Below, in pieces: positions 62,687 to 64,000 of a stretch of 64,000 nt of DNA. The first letter of the stretch is position 1. Each line of letters starts with the position of its first letter. The stretch is from Porphyridium purpureum (Eukaryota). The notes beneath the pieces were generated by a model that saw nothing but the letters and a program-made list of their open reading frames with translations, was not told the origin of the DNA and did not search any database. The stretch is from NCBI GenBank assembly GCA_008690995.1, contig VRMN01000012.1:1-64000 (forward strand), in the 5' to 3' direction. Made by a program: the position numbers and the translations under genes.

Positions 62687-63086
62687 GACGTTCACCCGCC
62701 CTCACGACACCTTCAAGACCGCAGCCTCTATGCTTGCTCACGTACGTGTCCAGCCAGCCCCTTTTTCCCTGCTCTCGGCGCCGCCCACGAGATTGGCGAT
62801 GTCATGACCAGCGAAGATTATACAACTCGGGTTCACGTGGACCGCTTTGCCTACCGACAACGTAAGAAAGAGAGATCGCGAAAGTGTGATCGCTGGAAAT
62901 TTGCGCGCACGCGGAAGAAGCGGAGCTGTGCTTGAGATGGCGAATCCGAAGCTGTACAGCGAGCTTGCGCCGAGCCAATCAGTTGAGTTCGCGCGCCGTG
63001 AACTTGTGACTGCGCTGATGGGACAGTACGGCGTAGGGAGCAACAAGGAATTGCAGCGGATGGTGCTGAGCGAATCGTGCTCGTAC

Positions 63087-64000
63087 TGTCACGGGAGTAG
63101 CCCGTGTGTTAAGGAAATGATTAAAAATAGCCATAGTCCGTGGCCGGATACCTGGTCGCGCCGGACCCACTGTACTGTAGGTGTACAAGGGGGCGCGTGG
63201 TAGGCCTGAAGGCCCCTTCCCTTAGGGACCAGACGCGCGATGACCACCCAGTATGGAATGGGTGTACAGCCAGGAGGTGGCTGGAACCTTCTGGAAGGTT
63301 CTAGACTCAGCGACAGCAAGGCACTGTACCTCGGGGGTACAGTGGTCGCGATGGGTATAAAAAGACGCGCGGGTCGGCAACCAAGGGGGGGAGAGGGGGG
63401 TCGGGAGACAGAAGGAGTAAGGTGGATCTAAGTAAAAACAGGTGTATTCAAGGAAGCGTGTTCGGGCCTTGGGTACCTGTTGAGGGAGCGGGGGTACAGC
63501 GGGAGTACAGCGGGGGTACGGCGGGGGTACGGCGGGAGTACAGCGCGAGCGAGCGAGCGGGGGGTTTAACGGGGAAGGTTCGCGGATGCCCTGGGGTAAG
63601 GCGTCATTAGACGGTCCTTGTTCGGAAGTGGATCCGGGGGTGGTACGTGGGCGGGGGCGGATAAAGGAGTGATAGGCCGTTTGAAGCCGAAAGGTGAGGC
63701 AACCTCCTCCGGCTAACCCCGGCTGCCCACAACGCCTCCCCGGGTCCCGGATCACCGTAAGGTGTGGCCGAACGGGATCCCGGTTGGGCAGCGGACGCCT
63801 GGTTCCCCCGTTACGCGCGTCTTCCGTGTGTGTGCTTTTGGTTGGCTGTGCCTGCTCCGTGCGTGTGCTCTTGGTTGGCTGTGTCTTTCCCGTGTGTCTG
63901 CTCTTGGTTGGTTCTGTCGGTCCCGTGTGTGGGTGCTCTTGGCTGTTTGCGTGTGAACAGCGTGCGTGAGCGTCGTTGGTTCCGGGTTTCCTGCCTGCCG
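63087..64000 (+). mobile_element. Probable 5' LTR and leader of another LTR retrotransposon related to family A, running off the window
   Basis: Starts TGTCACGGG. HSE array at 63283-63302. GGGTATAAAAAG..CGCG and GGAGACAGAAG blocks shared with the family A LTR. TG-rich leader repeats. LTR end not resolved. Confidence 0.6.
63490..63545. repeat. 11-bp tandem repeat GGG[AG]GTAC[AG]GC x5
   Basis: Directly visible. Confidence 0.85.

Overview
Eukaryotic, GC-rich, intron-poor genomic DNA. It is most likely from a unicellular red alga (inference from the long intronless genes, an 'MAF' plastid transit peptide, and the mix of plastid genes with a ferlin). A gene-dense core (about 15.8-48 kb) lies between two transposon nests. 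Left nest: two near-identical young Ty3/Gypsy copies (family A; 297-bp LTRs, 5-bp TSD on copy 2, A_AAA_AAC -1 frameshift, heat-shock elements in U3), a decayed Crypton tyrosine-recombinase gene, and an older related solo LTR. Core genes: hemerythrin-like-domain protein, Ycf20/DUF565, a conserved unknown membrane protein, plastid phosphate translocator, a metallothionein-like peptide, DnaJ, tetraspanin-like protein, GNAT (AANAT/PAA1-like), a ferlin with hydrophobic anchors at both ends, eIF3c, and an orphan with an E2F site and a CENP-C-like tail. Right nest: an unusual chromodomain Gypsy (family B) with identical 311-bp LTRs and a 4-bp TSD. Its gag and pol are in one frame separated by a single UGA, it has a 16-bp palindrome where a tRNA PBS is expected, and it has no clear PPT. 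It is inserted into an RLE-type LINE remnant and is followed by a decayed Copia, orphan ORFs and the start of a further HSE-bearing LTR element. All family assignments come from motif recognition by eye; no searches were run.
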